From NCBI GenBank assembly GCA_944376795.1, contig CALWDW010000039.1, forward strand, positions 71,917 through 135,916: a stretch of 64,000 nt of DNA. Direction: 5' to 3'. Of this stretch, positions 35,193 to 43,855 are shown piece by piece. The notes below the pieces were generated by a model. It was not told where the DNA came from and ran no database searches. It saw nothing but the letters and a program-made list of their open reading frames with translations. A program made the translations under genes and the position numbers. Source of the DNA: an uncultured Christensenellaceae bacterium (GTDB lineage: Bacteria; Bacillota; Clostridia; Christensenellales; UMGS416). Numbering within the stretch: position 1 is the stretch's first letter; each line of letters opens with the position of its first letter.

Positions 35193-38100
35193 ATGGGTAT
35201 GAACCGATTTGCCAAGGAGCGTATCCTGACCACCATGCGGCGGCTTTGGGATACCATTGTGGAGGAGACCCTGCCCATCCGTGATGTGGGTATGGCCAAG
35301 GATATCGTTTGGTACGAGGACATCCAGGCGGATACCAAGCTGACGCCTTACGTCCCCGAGACGCCCTGGGGCGGCCTGGATGAGAACTATCTCTTCCAGT
35401 TCGAGGCGGTAATTCCGCCTACCATGGAGGGCAAGCACGTCCTTCTCTCCATTGAGACCGACCGGGAAGGCTGGGATGCCACCAATACCCAGTTCCTGGC
35501 GTATGTCAACGGGAAGCTGATCCAGGGCCTGGATGTAAACCACCGGTTCCTGACCTTGACCAAGGCGGCCAAGGCGGGGGAGCGCTATCTTTGCCAGATT
35601 ATCGGCTGGACGGGCACCCGGCCGGAATTGGCCATTTTCCGCGCCCAGCTCCGTGCCGTGAATGACCTGGCGTGGAAGGTTTACTACGATATTCAGACAC
35701 CCTGTGACTGTGCCGTTTTGATGGAGGAAGGCAGCCGCCTGCGGGATGAGATTCTCGAGTACCTCAATACGGCCTGTAATCTTTTGGACCTCCGCTGCCC
35801 GGGTACGCCGGCCTTCCAAGCTTCTCTAGAGGCTGCCTCCCGGTATATGGATGAAACATTTTATGGCGCGTATTGCGGCCAGTTCAATGAAGCTAAAGTC
35901 ATTGCCCTCGGCCATACCCATATCGACGTGGCTTGGCTGTGGACCCTCTTCCAAACCGAGCAGAAGACGCTGCGCAGCTTTGCCACCGCCAACCGGCTCA
36001 TGGAGGAGTACCCGGAATACATCTTCATGTCCAGCCAGCCCCAGCTGTACAAATACCTTAAAAAGCGGGATCCCGCCCTCTATGAGACCATTCGCCAGCG
36101 GATCCAGGAAGGGCGCTGGGAGGCAGAGGGCGCCATGTGGCTGGAGGCCGACTGCAACTTGGCCTCCGGTGAGGCACTGGTGCGCCAGGTGATCCATGGC
36201 AAGCGCTTCTTCCGGCAGGAGCTGGGGGTGGAGAGCCGCATCCTTTGGCTGCCCGATGTGTTCGGCTACTCGGCCGCCCTGCCCCAGATTCTGAAGAAGA
36301 GCGGCGTGGACTACTTTATGACCACCAAAATCAGCTGGAATGAATCCAATAAGCTTCCCTGTGACACCTTCCTCTGGGAGGGGTTGGACGGCACGGGGGT
36401 ACTGACCAGCTTTGTGACCACCTCCGCCTATCCCCATGATTCCAAGGGCACCATTACCACCTATGTGGGCACCATGACGGCCGCCCAGCATATGGGCGTA
36501 TGGGATCGGTACCAGCATAAGGGGATGCAGCAGACCGTTCTCAACCTGTATGGCTACGGGGATGGCGGCGGCGGCACAACCCCCGAAATGATCGAACGGG
36601 CCAAGCGCTTCCAGAAGGGAATTCCCGGCACGCCCAAGCTAGAATTCGGCACGGCAGGGGCCTATTTTGCTCAGCTGGAGAAGGACGTTGCGGGCCACAA
36701 GCGTCTGCCCAAGTGGGTGGGCGAGCTCTACCTGGAGTTCCATCGCGGGACCTATACCGCCCAGGCCAACAATAAGAAGTTCAACCGCCGCAGCGAGTAT
36801 GCCTGCACCCAGGCGGAGTGGCTTTCGGTCATGGCCCGGGATCTGACGGGGAAAGGGTACGATCCCCAAGCCATTTACGATGCCTGGGAGGAGGTGCTGC
36901 TGCTGCAGTTCCACGATATTCTTCCCGGATCCTCCATCAAGGAGGTCTATGCCCAGTCCGATAGACAGTACGCGGGCATTCTGTCCGCCATGGGCACGAT
37001 GCAGCAGGATGGCATGCGCGCCATTGCCCAGGCGGCGGCTGGGGAAGGCGTCACGGTGACGGTATTCAATCCTTTATCCTTCCTTCGGGACGGTCCGGTA
37101 GAAATTGAACTTCCCGCAGGCTGGGAGTATGCCAAGGTATGGGATACCGACGGCCAGACGTATCCTGCCCAGCGGACGGTATCCGGACGACTGCTGGCTT
37201 GGGTGGAGGAGATTCCTTCCAAGGGATATGCAACCTTCCGCTTGGAAGAGGCCAAGGCTCCAGAGACCGTGCTGCCTGCCTACCAGGGTGAGGTGACCAA
37301 CGGCCGCTACACCCTGCGTTTGGACCAGCATGGCGCGATTGTTTCCTGGATCGATCGGGAGACCGGCCGGGAACTGATCCTGCCCGGGGAGAAGGCGCGC
37401 CTTATGACCTACTATGAGGCGCCCAAGAACTATGACAACTGGGAGATCTCCAGCTACTACGACGAGCAGAGCTGGCCGGTGGAGGATCTGGTAGAGGCCC
37501 GCTTTGTAGAGGATGGTCCGGTACGCCGGGTGCTGCGCCTGACGTGGCGGTATCTGCATTCCACCATTTCCCAGGATGTGATAACTTACACGGACAGCGA
37601 CCAGATCGACTTTGCCACCCATATGGATTGGCACGAGAGCAATGTGCTGGTCAAGGCGCTCTTCCCCCTGGATCTGCATGCGGTCAAAGCCAGCTATGAT
37701 GTCCAGTACGGCAATGTGGAGCGGGCGACCCATGCCAATACCAGTTGGGAAGAGGCCCAGTTCGAGGTGGTGGCCCACAAGTGGGCGGACTTCTCCGAGA
37801 CGGGATTTGGTGTGGCGCTACTCAACGACTGCAAGTATGGCCACAGCATCAAGGATCACCAAATGTCCATCACGCTGCTGAAGTCCACCTGCTACCCCGA
37901 TCCGGATATGGACAAAAAGGCGCATGACTTCACCTATGCTGTCTATCCCCATGACGGAGGCTGGCGTGAGGCTGGCGTGCACCAGGCAGGCTGTGCACTG
38001 AACCAGCCCATGATGGCCGTAGTTTCCCAGGAGCATGGCGCGCTGGCACCCAGCTTCTCTGCGGTGGAGCTGGACTGCGCCAACGTCATGGTGGAAGTCA

Positions 38101-38315
38101 TAAAGGACGCCTATGAGGGAGAGGGAACGATTCTGCGGCTCTATGAGTTCGAAGGAATTCGGGGTGCAGTGGAGGTTATGCTACCCTATGCGCCGACCCG
38201 GGTCTTTGCCACATCCCTCTTGGAGGAGGATGGGGACGAGATTCCTGTGCAGGGCCAGACATTTACCTGGGAGATGAAGCCCTACGAAATCGCGACCTTC
38301 CGCGTGATTCGGTAA
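35193..38315 (+). CDS. Alpha-mannosidase, glycoside hydrolase family 38
   Basis: 1040 aa. 'GHTHIDVAWLW' metal-binding motif, 'WLPDVFGYS' and 'LEFHRGTYT' blocks. No signal peptide, so probably cytoplasmic. Confidence 0.92.
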   Translation: MGMNRFAKERILTTMRRLWDTIVEETLPIRDVGMAKDIVWYEDIQADTKLTPYVPETPWGGLDENYLFQFEAVIPPTMEGKHVLLSIETDREGWDATNTQFLAYVNGKLIQGLDVNHRFLTLTKAAKAGERYLCQIIGWTGTRPELAIFRAQLRAVNDLAWKVYYDIQTPCDCAVLMEEGSRLRDEILEYLNTACNLLDLRCPGTPAFQASLEAASRYMDETFYGAYCGQFNEAKVIALGHTHIDVAWLWTLFQTEQKTLRSFATANRLMEEYPEYIFMSSQPQLYKYLKKRDPALYETIRQRIQEGRWEAEGAMWLEADCNLASGEALVRQVIHGKRFFRQELGVESRILWLPDVFGYSAALPQILKKSGVDYFMTTKISWNESNKLPCDTFLWEGLDGTGVLTSFVTTSAYPHDSKGTITTYVGTMTAAQHMGVWDRYQHKGMQQTVLNLYGYGDGGGGTTPEMIERAKRFQKGIPGTPKLEFGTAGAYFAQLEKDVAGHKRLPKWVGELYLEFHRGTYTAQANNKKFNRRSEYACTQAEWLSVMARDLTGKGYDPQAIYDAWEEVLLLQFHDILPGSSIKEVYAQSDRQYAGILSAMGTMQQDGMRAIAQAAAGEGVTVTVFNPLSFLRDGPVEIELPAGWEYAKVWDTDGQTYPAQRTVSGRLLAWVEEIPSKGYATFRLEEAKAPETVLPAYQGEVTNGRYTLRLDQHGAIVSWIDRETGRELILPGEKARLMTYYEAPKNYDNWEISSYYDEQSWPVEDLVEARFVEDGPVRRVLRLTWRYLHSTISQDVITYTDSDQIDFATHMDWHESNVLVKALFPLDLHAVKASYDVQYGNVERATHANTSWEEAQFEVVAHKWADFSETGFGVALLNDCKYGHSIKDHQMSITLLKSTCYPDPDMDKKAHDFTYAVYPHDGGWREAGVHQAGCALNQPMMAVVSQEHGALAPSFSAVELDCANVMVEVIKDAYEGEGTILRLYEFEGIRGAVEVMLPYAPTRVFATSLLEEDGDEIPVQGQTFTWEMKPYEIATFRVIR

Positions 38316-38363
38316 CCGTACGCCCGAGAGACCATCTGTACTGCAGTGCCAAAGTACGGCAAA

Positions 38364-38394
38364 CTGCCCGGAGACATGCTCCGGGCAGTTTTTT
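38364..38394 (+). terminator. Rho-independent terminator of the GH38 gene
   Basis: 'ctgcccggag acatg ctccgggcag' followed by 'tttttt'. Confidence 0.9.
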
Positions 38395-38446
38395 CATATA
38401 AGGTTTGGCGCGGCCAGGAAAAGGGCATGCTGGAAAGGAAACCGGG

Positions 38447-39541
38447 TCACTCCTGGATGACTGCAGAATGTTTGCGGGTCTTAAACACGATATCCCGCTG
38501 GATGACGAAGTTGATGCCATACATGATGAGCTCCACCACCGGTTTAGCCAAGAGCGCCGGAATCCCCAGAAAGTGGGAAAATAAGTAAAGCAGCGCCGTG
38601 CTGATGCATAGGGATGTGGCCACAAGCAGGTAATACTTAACCAGCATGCTGCCCAGGGCTCTTTTGCCGGACGTGCGTGGGGCAAAGACTAGCTTGTGAT
38701 TCAACGTAAAGTTGAAGACGCTGCTGATTGCCCGGGCTACAACCTGGCATGTTAGAAGCACCGGCGTGACTTGGGTATTCATGAAAATGAAAATCGCATA
38801 GTCGATAATCGCCGATGCTAGGGAAGAAAATAGGAAGCTGATGATGACAAGGATCAGCTTTCCCCACATGACCAAGGGAATGGGGGCCATGGGCGCGTGC
38901 CGGGCCACAGGGATCTCCTGTATAGGGACGGTGTTTCGGCACAGGACCAGGAGGAGATTGAGCATATACTCCTCGCCCTCGCCGGCCAGCACCACGGCAC
39001 GTTCCAGCAGGGACCGGGGGAGCGCCCGAAGCGGGGCGCGGACGTCTCGGAGCTTTTTGCCGCAAACCACGGCAAAGAGCTGCCGGCAGATCCAGTATTC
39101 CGCGCGCCGTTTCCAGGGGATATTCTCCGGGGGAGGCGATACGCCCAGCGTCATGCTCAGAGGCGTATCCGACAGAGCTTGGAGCATTCCATCCAGATCT
39201 ACCGGGGCGAAGCCCTCCTCCTGACCGGAAAGAATGACGCCTTTTCCGTCCGGGTAATGGGAAAGATAGTAATGGATCCCCGTCTTAACACACCGACCAA
39301 GTCCCAAAGGAACTGCGTGACGCAGCAAAATACAGCCCAACGCCTGAAGCTCTTGCAGCGCCGGTTCCTCTTCCGGTTCCAGGCCGTCGCTGACCAGGAT
39401 GAGGGGACACCGGCGCAGGATTTCCTGTGCCCAGGATGGGGAAATACTCCGGTGCAGCATGGGAACAATGACCGCGCCGGTCTCGGAAGGATAGCGGTTT
39501 GGTGGATCCCCGTGCTGGGAGGATGCAATTGGCTGCGGCAT
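38447..39541 (-). CDS. GT2-like domain with substituted catalytic motifs, fused to a C-terminal GtrA-family membrane domain
   Basis: ATG 39541 follows TAGGAG. Track start 39751 would overlap pepF. The N-domain aligns with the GT2 at 59519..60553, but 'VVVDDGS' becomes 'LILVSDGL' and 'CDADGQHP' becomes 'LSGQEEGFAP'. The C-terminus 'ASAIIDYAIFIFM...ARAISSVFNFTLNHKLVF...INFVIQRDIVFK' is GtrA-like. Confidence 0.75.
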   Translation of the reverse strand: MPQPIASSQHGDPPNRYPSETGAVIVPMLHRSISPSWAQEILRRCPLILVSDGLEPEEEPALQELQALGCILLRHAVPLGLGRCVKTGIHYYLSHYPDGKGVILSGQEEGFAPVDLDGMLQALSDTPLSMTLGVSPPPENIPWKRRAEYWICRQLFAVVCGKKLRDVRAPLRALPRSLLERAVVLAGEGEEYMLNLLLVLCRNTVPIQEIPVARHAPMAPIPLVMWGKLILVIISFLFSSLASAIIDYAIFIFMNTQVTPVLLTCQVVARAISSVFNFTLNHKLVFAPRTSGKRALGSMLVKYYLLVATSLCISTALLYLFSHFLGIPALLAKPVVELIMYGINFVIQRDIVFKTRKHSAVIQE

Positions 39542-39670
39542 ACATCTAGCTCCTATCAATAATTGCGCCAAGGGACATCTGTCCCCAGACAGTGTGCCCG
39601 GCACGCTGTAAAGCATGTATATTCCATGCCCATACTGTCGGCGCGGGGCGCAGGTATCCCCAAAGCCTCC

Positions 39671-39688
39671 GGCCGGGGCAGCCCGGCC
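39671..39688 (-). terminator. Weak hairpin downstream of pepF
   Basis: 'ggccggg gcag cccggcc' with only a short T-containing tail on the minus strand. Confidence 0.3.
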
Positions 39689-39710
39689 AGAAAGCAACGG
39701 ACAGGACACC

Positions 39711-41471
39711 TTAGCGGGTTTTCTCCTCGCACAGGGCCGTAAAGCGGTCAATTTCTGCGATAATTTCGGCTAGGCCGGTGGCCCAGAATCCCTTATCCCG
39801 GACATCAATCCCCATACGGGCGGCGACTCCTGCCACCGAATCCACTCCGCAGTTGGCCAGCATAGCGTTGTACTCTTGCACAAAGTCGGTACCGCGCTCC
39901 AGGTACTGACGGAAGACACCCTTGCCGAAAAGCATACCAAAGGAGTAGGGGAAGTTATAGAAATGGGAGCCATAGTAGTGGCTTTTGCACAGCCACATAT
40001 AGGGATGCATGAAATCCGGATCCAGCCCATCGCCGTAGGAGTCCTTCTGGGCCTGGAGCATGAGTTCACAGAGCTCGTCGGCCATAAGGGTACGCTCCTT
40101 ACGGATTTCAAAGAGCCGGGTCTCAAAGAGGTAGCGACTGTAGATATCCACAATGACCTGGCAGTTTTCCATAATGTCCCCTTCCAGCAGGGTGAAGGCC
40201 TCCTCATCGCTGGCTTCCGCCAGCGCCTGGTGCGCCAAGAAGGTCTCGTTGAAAATGGAAGCGGTCTCTGCCAGCTGCATGGGGATGCCGCGGTTCATGG
40301 CGTCCTGATCCTGGATGCAGAGGTTGTGGTAGGCGTGGCCCAGTTCATGGGCCAGTGTGCTGACCGCGCTGAAGGAGCCGTCAAAATTGCTGAGGATCCG
40401 GCTCATCTTTTGCGGGTAAAGCCCGGAGCAGAAGGCGCCCCCCTGCTTTCCCGGCTGAGGCATGGCGTCAATCCAGCCGTGGGTAAAGGCGTGATCAATG
40501 AAATCTCCCATTTGCGGCGAGAATTTTCCCATGGCCGCTACCAGATAGTCATGGGCCTCCTCATAGGTAAAGGTGCGGTGGCTGGATCCCACCGGCGCGA
40601 AAAGGTCGTAGAAGGGCAGCCCATGGGCATGCCCCAGGAGCTTGGCCTTAGCCTTCATATAGCGGCGGAAATGGGGCAGGGAATCCTGAATGGCCGAAAG
40701 CATAGCATCCAAGGTTTCCCGGTCCATACGGGAGCTGGACAGTACGTGGTCCAGTATGGAGGGATAGCCGTAGTAGTCGTTCAGGGTCAGGGCCTCGCCC
40801 TTGATGCCATTGAGGCAGGCGGCAGCGCCTACAGCCACCGAGGGATAGGCGGCAAGTTCAGCTTCATAGGCGGCCTTTCTGACGGCGGGATCGGCGCTGT
40901 AGGCCAGCCCCCGAACGGCGGCCAGGGAGAGTTTTTCCGGCTGGCCCTCTACCTGAATGAGCATGCTGGCCTCCAGCTGGTTGCGCAGCTGTACGTAGGC
41001 CTCACTGCCCGTAAGCTGCATCCGCAGTACAGCCTCCTCCATGGCGGGAGGCAGCAGATGTGTAGACGTTTCCTTCATCTCCCGCAGGACAAAGGCATGC
41101 TGCGCCAAAACTTCATTGGCATTGATGCAGGCTTCTAGGTCTTCTACGGTTGCAATGTAGCGCATTAGGGCGTTATATCCCTGGCGGACTTCCATAATCA
41201 GCTTGCTGATAGGGTCGGCGAGGGCCAGTGCCTGGGCATGATTGGCGTCCGTCGCCAGGGTTAGATAGACGAAGCCTTCCACATCGCTGGCGGTATCAAA
41301 AATGCCGTTCATCAGGCCAATGGCCTTCTCCAATAGCGCTGCCGGGGCCATGCCGCTTTGAAGCAGCTCCTTGAGCGCGGCCAGGTCGGTGCGGATCCGC
41401 TGCATATCGGCAGGGATTTTGGGGTCATCAAAGTTTTGATACAGACAGGTGAGGTCCCAGTGGGTGTTCAT
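39711..41471 (-). CDS. pepF: Oligoendopeptidase F (M3B metallopeptidase)
   Basis: 586 aa with zinc motif 'TLAHELGHAYH'. RBS GAAGGAG. Confidence 0.92.
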   Translation of the reverse strand: MNTHWDLTCLYQNFDDPKIPADMQRIRTDLAALKELLQSGMAPAALLEKAIGLMNGIFDTASDVEGFVYLTLATDANHAQALALADPISKLIMEVRQGYNALMRYIATVEDLEACINANEVLAQHAFVLREMKETSTHLLPPAMEEAVLRMQLTGSEAYVQLRNQLEASMLIQVEGQPEKLSLAAVRGLAYSADPAVRKAAYEAELAAYPSVAVGAAACLNGIKGEALTLNDYYGYPSILDHVLSSSRMDRETLDAMLSAIQDSLPHFRRYMKAKAKLLGHAHGLPFYDLFAPVGSSHRTFTYEEAHDYLVAAMGKFSPQMGDFIDHAFTHGWIDAMPQPGKQGGAFCSGLYPQKMSRILSNFDGSFSAVSTLAHELGHAYHNLCIQDQDAMNRGIPMQLAETASIFNETFLAHQALAEASDEEAFTLLEGDIMENCQVIVDIYSRYLFETRLFEIRKERTLMADELCELMLQAQKDSYGDGLDPDFMHPYMWLCKSHYYGSHFYNFPYSFGMLFGKGVFRQYLERGTDFVQEYNAMLANCGVDSVAGVAARMGIDVRDKGFWATGLAEIIAEIDRFTALCEEKTR

Positions 41472-41512
41472 GGTGTTTTCTCCTTCAGCATGGTCCTTGA
41501 ATTTGACGAATA

Positions 41513-42319
41513 TCAGACGCCCCAGATTTCTCCCACCCGATGCGGCCAGGACATACCCAGTTGCAGCTGCCTTCCCAGCTCCACGCCGTGCCCCGCCAAG
41601 GAGGCGGCTGCGGTATCGAAGGCAAGCTCCGGGGTATTGTTTTCCTGCGAGAGGTGGGCCAGGACGATATGGGTGGTGCCTGCGGCGGCGTAGCGAGGAA
41701 GGATTTGGGCCGCCGCGTCATTAGAGAGGTGGCCCTTATTTCCCAGGATCCGGCGCTTAAGCTGGAGGGGATAGTGGGCATTGGCTTCCAGCAGGGCTAT
41801 GTCATGGTTGCTTTCCAGCATGAGAATGTCTGCGCCCAGGGTTTCTTCCTCTACAGCGGGGGGAAGATGCCCGGTGTCGGTGATCAAAGCGATCCGGCGG
41901 CGTCCCCCTTGTATGACGAAGCCCACCGGATCGGCGGCGTCATGGCTGATGGGCAGCGGGGTGATGCCCAGCCGGCCTAGGCCGAAGCTATGGGACGTAC
42001 CAAATACGACACGGCTTCCGCGAGGGATCTCTCCCAGTTTCCCCGAAAGGAGCATGGCCTGCCAGGTTGCTTCGTTGGCATAGATTTTCAGTCCCTTGCG
42101 CGCCAATACGCCAACCCCCTGGATGTGGTCGATGTGCTCGTGGGTAATGAGTACGCCGGCGATCTGCCGGAGGGAAGCGCCAACCTGCCGCAGGGCGGCC
42201 TCGATGCGGGAAGCCGATCCGCCGGCATCCACCAGAATGCAGACGTCATGGGCGGCGGCGAAGCAGCAGTTCCCTGTACTGCCCGAAAAGAGCGGGCAAA
42301 AGACCAGATCCAATCCCAT
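41513..42319 (-). CDS. MBL-fold metallo-hydrolase (YycJ/WalJ-like)
   Basis: 'MGLDLVFCPLFSGSTGN' and 'ITHEHIDHIQG' (HxHxDH). AAGGAG precedes ATG 42319. The TTG at 42337 has no RBS. Confidence 0.85.
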   Translation of the reverse strand: MGLDLVFCPLFSGSTGNCCFAAAHDVCILVDAGGSASRIEAALRQVGASLRQIAGVLITHEHIDHIQGVGVLARKGLKIYANEATWQAMLLSGKLGEIPRGSRVVFGTSHSFGLGRLGITPLPISHDAADPVGFVIQGGRRRIALITDTGHLPPAVEEETLGADILMLESNHDIALLEANAHYPLQLKRRILGNKGHLSNDAAAQILPRYAAAGTTHIVLAHLSQENNTPELAFDTAAASLAGHGVELGRQLQLGMSWPHRVGEIWGV

Positions 42320-42482
42320 CGGCTCCTTACGTTCCAAGATAACTCTCTTATTATAGCTGCTGGAAGGGTTTTCCGCAAGCCGGTGAATTCTGCCGCAGCC
42401 CTACAAAATCCCACCAAACCATGCTATAATGAAGAGGCTTCCCGGCAGGGGGCCAGCCTAGCAGGAAAGGAGGCGCAGATCT

Positions 42483-43010
42483 ATGTCCCAGGAGTCTGAG
42501 GCAGGCGTCTGCCTGCGCCTGGCGCGGCGCCAGGATCTGCCGCGGGTGGAGGCGCATTACCGTGCGGTGGTGAAGGCCATGCTGGCCTCCGGGCTGGATC
42601 AGTGGAACGAAACCTATCCCACTCGGGCGGATTTCCAGGAGGATATCCGGCGGGAGAGGCTGTATCTGTTGGAGCGGGATGGGGAGCTACTGGCGGCTGC
42701 CGCCATGGATCAGAGTCCCAATCCGCCGGACTGCTATGATCACATTCCGTGGCACAGCGTGGAGCCGGCGCGTTATCTGCACCGTATGGCGGTTTCCCCG
42801 GCCCATGCGGGGCGGGGCGTGGGGAAGCGTTTTCTGCGCGCCTTGATGGAGCTGGCGGCCGCGTCCGGGGCTGTCTCCATGCGTCTGGATACCCGGTATG
42901 ACAATGCGCGGGCCTTGGCCCTCTATGAAAGCATGGGCTTTATACGGCGTGGAATCTGCCATTTTGCCCGGACGGAGAAGGATTTTGTCTGTCTGGACAG
43001 AACCCTTTAA
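42483..43010 (+). CDS. GNAT-family N-acetyltransferase
   Basis: 175 aa. Acetyl-CoA loop 'RMAVSPAHAGRGVGKRFL' and 'ALALYESMGF'. RBS AGGAAAGGAGG. Confidence 0.85.
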   Translation: MSQESEAGVCLRLARRQDLPRVEAHYRAVVKAMLASGLDQWNETYPTRADFQEDIRRERLYLLERDGELLAAAAMDQSPNPPDCYDHIPWHSVEPARYLHRMAVSPAHAGRGVGKRFLRALMELAAASGAVSMRLDTRYDNARALALYESMGFIRRGICHFARTEKDFVCLDRTL

Positions 43011-43765
43011 TCATACCGATAGAACGCCGGAGCCGAGGCGATGCGGATCTGCACATCCTTTTTGATGTCCTCCATGCGCCCTTCCTTGTGAAAGCTATAG
43101 AACCCAGCATCGCTGACCACGATGTGGTCGATGACCGGGATGTCCAGCGGCGTTAGAGTAACCATCATCCGCCGGGTGAAGAGCTCATCATCCAGGGAAG
43201 GCTTGCATAGGCCGCCGGGATGGTTATGGGCAAAGATGACCTGGGTGGCGTTGCTGGAGAGAATGGCCTCTACCAGCAGCCGGGGCGGTACCGCAATTTC
43301 GGACGCGGTGCCCTGGTCAAATTGAACGCAGCGGAGAACGCCGGCCCGGGAGTTGAGGCAGATTAGGTAGAACCGCTCCCGCTGGCAGCCTAGGAAGAGG
43401 GACTGGACGTACTGCCCGGCCTTGGTAGCGGAGTCCAGTACGATGCTGTCGCCCATGTTGGCCACGTGATAGTAGCGGAAGACGGGAAGAAACAGGCTGA
43501 GCAGCAGGGCGGTATGCCCGCCGACGCCCCGTACCCGCTGCAGGGACGGCAGATCGGCTGACAGGACGGCATTCAGTGTGCCGAAGGTGTCCAGCAGTGC
43601 ATCGGCCACGGGGTTCACGTCCCCTTGAGGGATGGCGTAAAAGAGGATGAGTTCCAGGATCTCCCGGGGCGTGAACTTCTCCAGCCCTTCCCTTAGGAAA
43701 CGTTCCTTGACCCGCTGGCGGTGGCCGGCGTGGTCCGAACCGTCTGGCATATGGCCTTTTGCCAT
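43007..43765 (-). CDS. radC: RadC-like JAB/MPN domain protein (UPF0758)
   Basis: 252 aa. 'HRQRVKERFL...GLEKFTPREILELILFYAIP' (HhH region) and 'AHNHPGG...PSLDD' (JAMM motif). AAAGGAG precedes ATG 43765. The track ORF to 44590 is over-extended. Confidence 0.88.
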   Translation of the reverse strand: MAKGHMPDGSDHAGHRQRVKERFLREGLEKFTPREILELILFYAIPQGDVNPVADALLDTFGTLNAVLSADLPSLQRVRGVGGHTALLLSLFLPVFRYYHVANMGDSIVLDSATKAGQYVQSLFLGCQRERFYLICLNSRAGVLRCVQFDQGTASEIAVPPRLLVEAILSSNATQVIFAHNHPGGLCKPSLDDELFTRRMMVTLTPLDIPVIDHIVVSDAGFYSFHKEGRMEDIKKDVQIRIASAPAFYRYD

Positions 43766-43855
43766 GAAAGGGGCTCCTTTCCACGTTGAGATAGTTATTA
43801 TATTCGAGGACGAGTCAGAAACTCCTGGTTCGCCGGGAAATGAAGGAGGAACTGT

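Noticed and set aside
43007-43765. RadC-like JAB protein considered as a marker of a mobile element or anti-restriction/toxin module. The convergent GNAT and radC genes also share overlapping stop codons (TTAA at 43007..43010).
   Set aside because: No integrase, transposase, flanking repeats or partner gene is present. The neighbours are ordinary metabolic genes. The overlapping stops are a compact-genome curiosity rather than evidence of a system.
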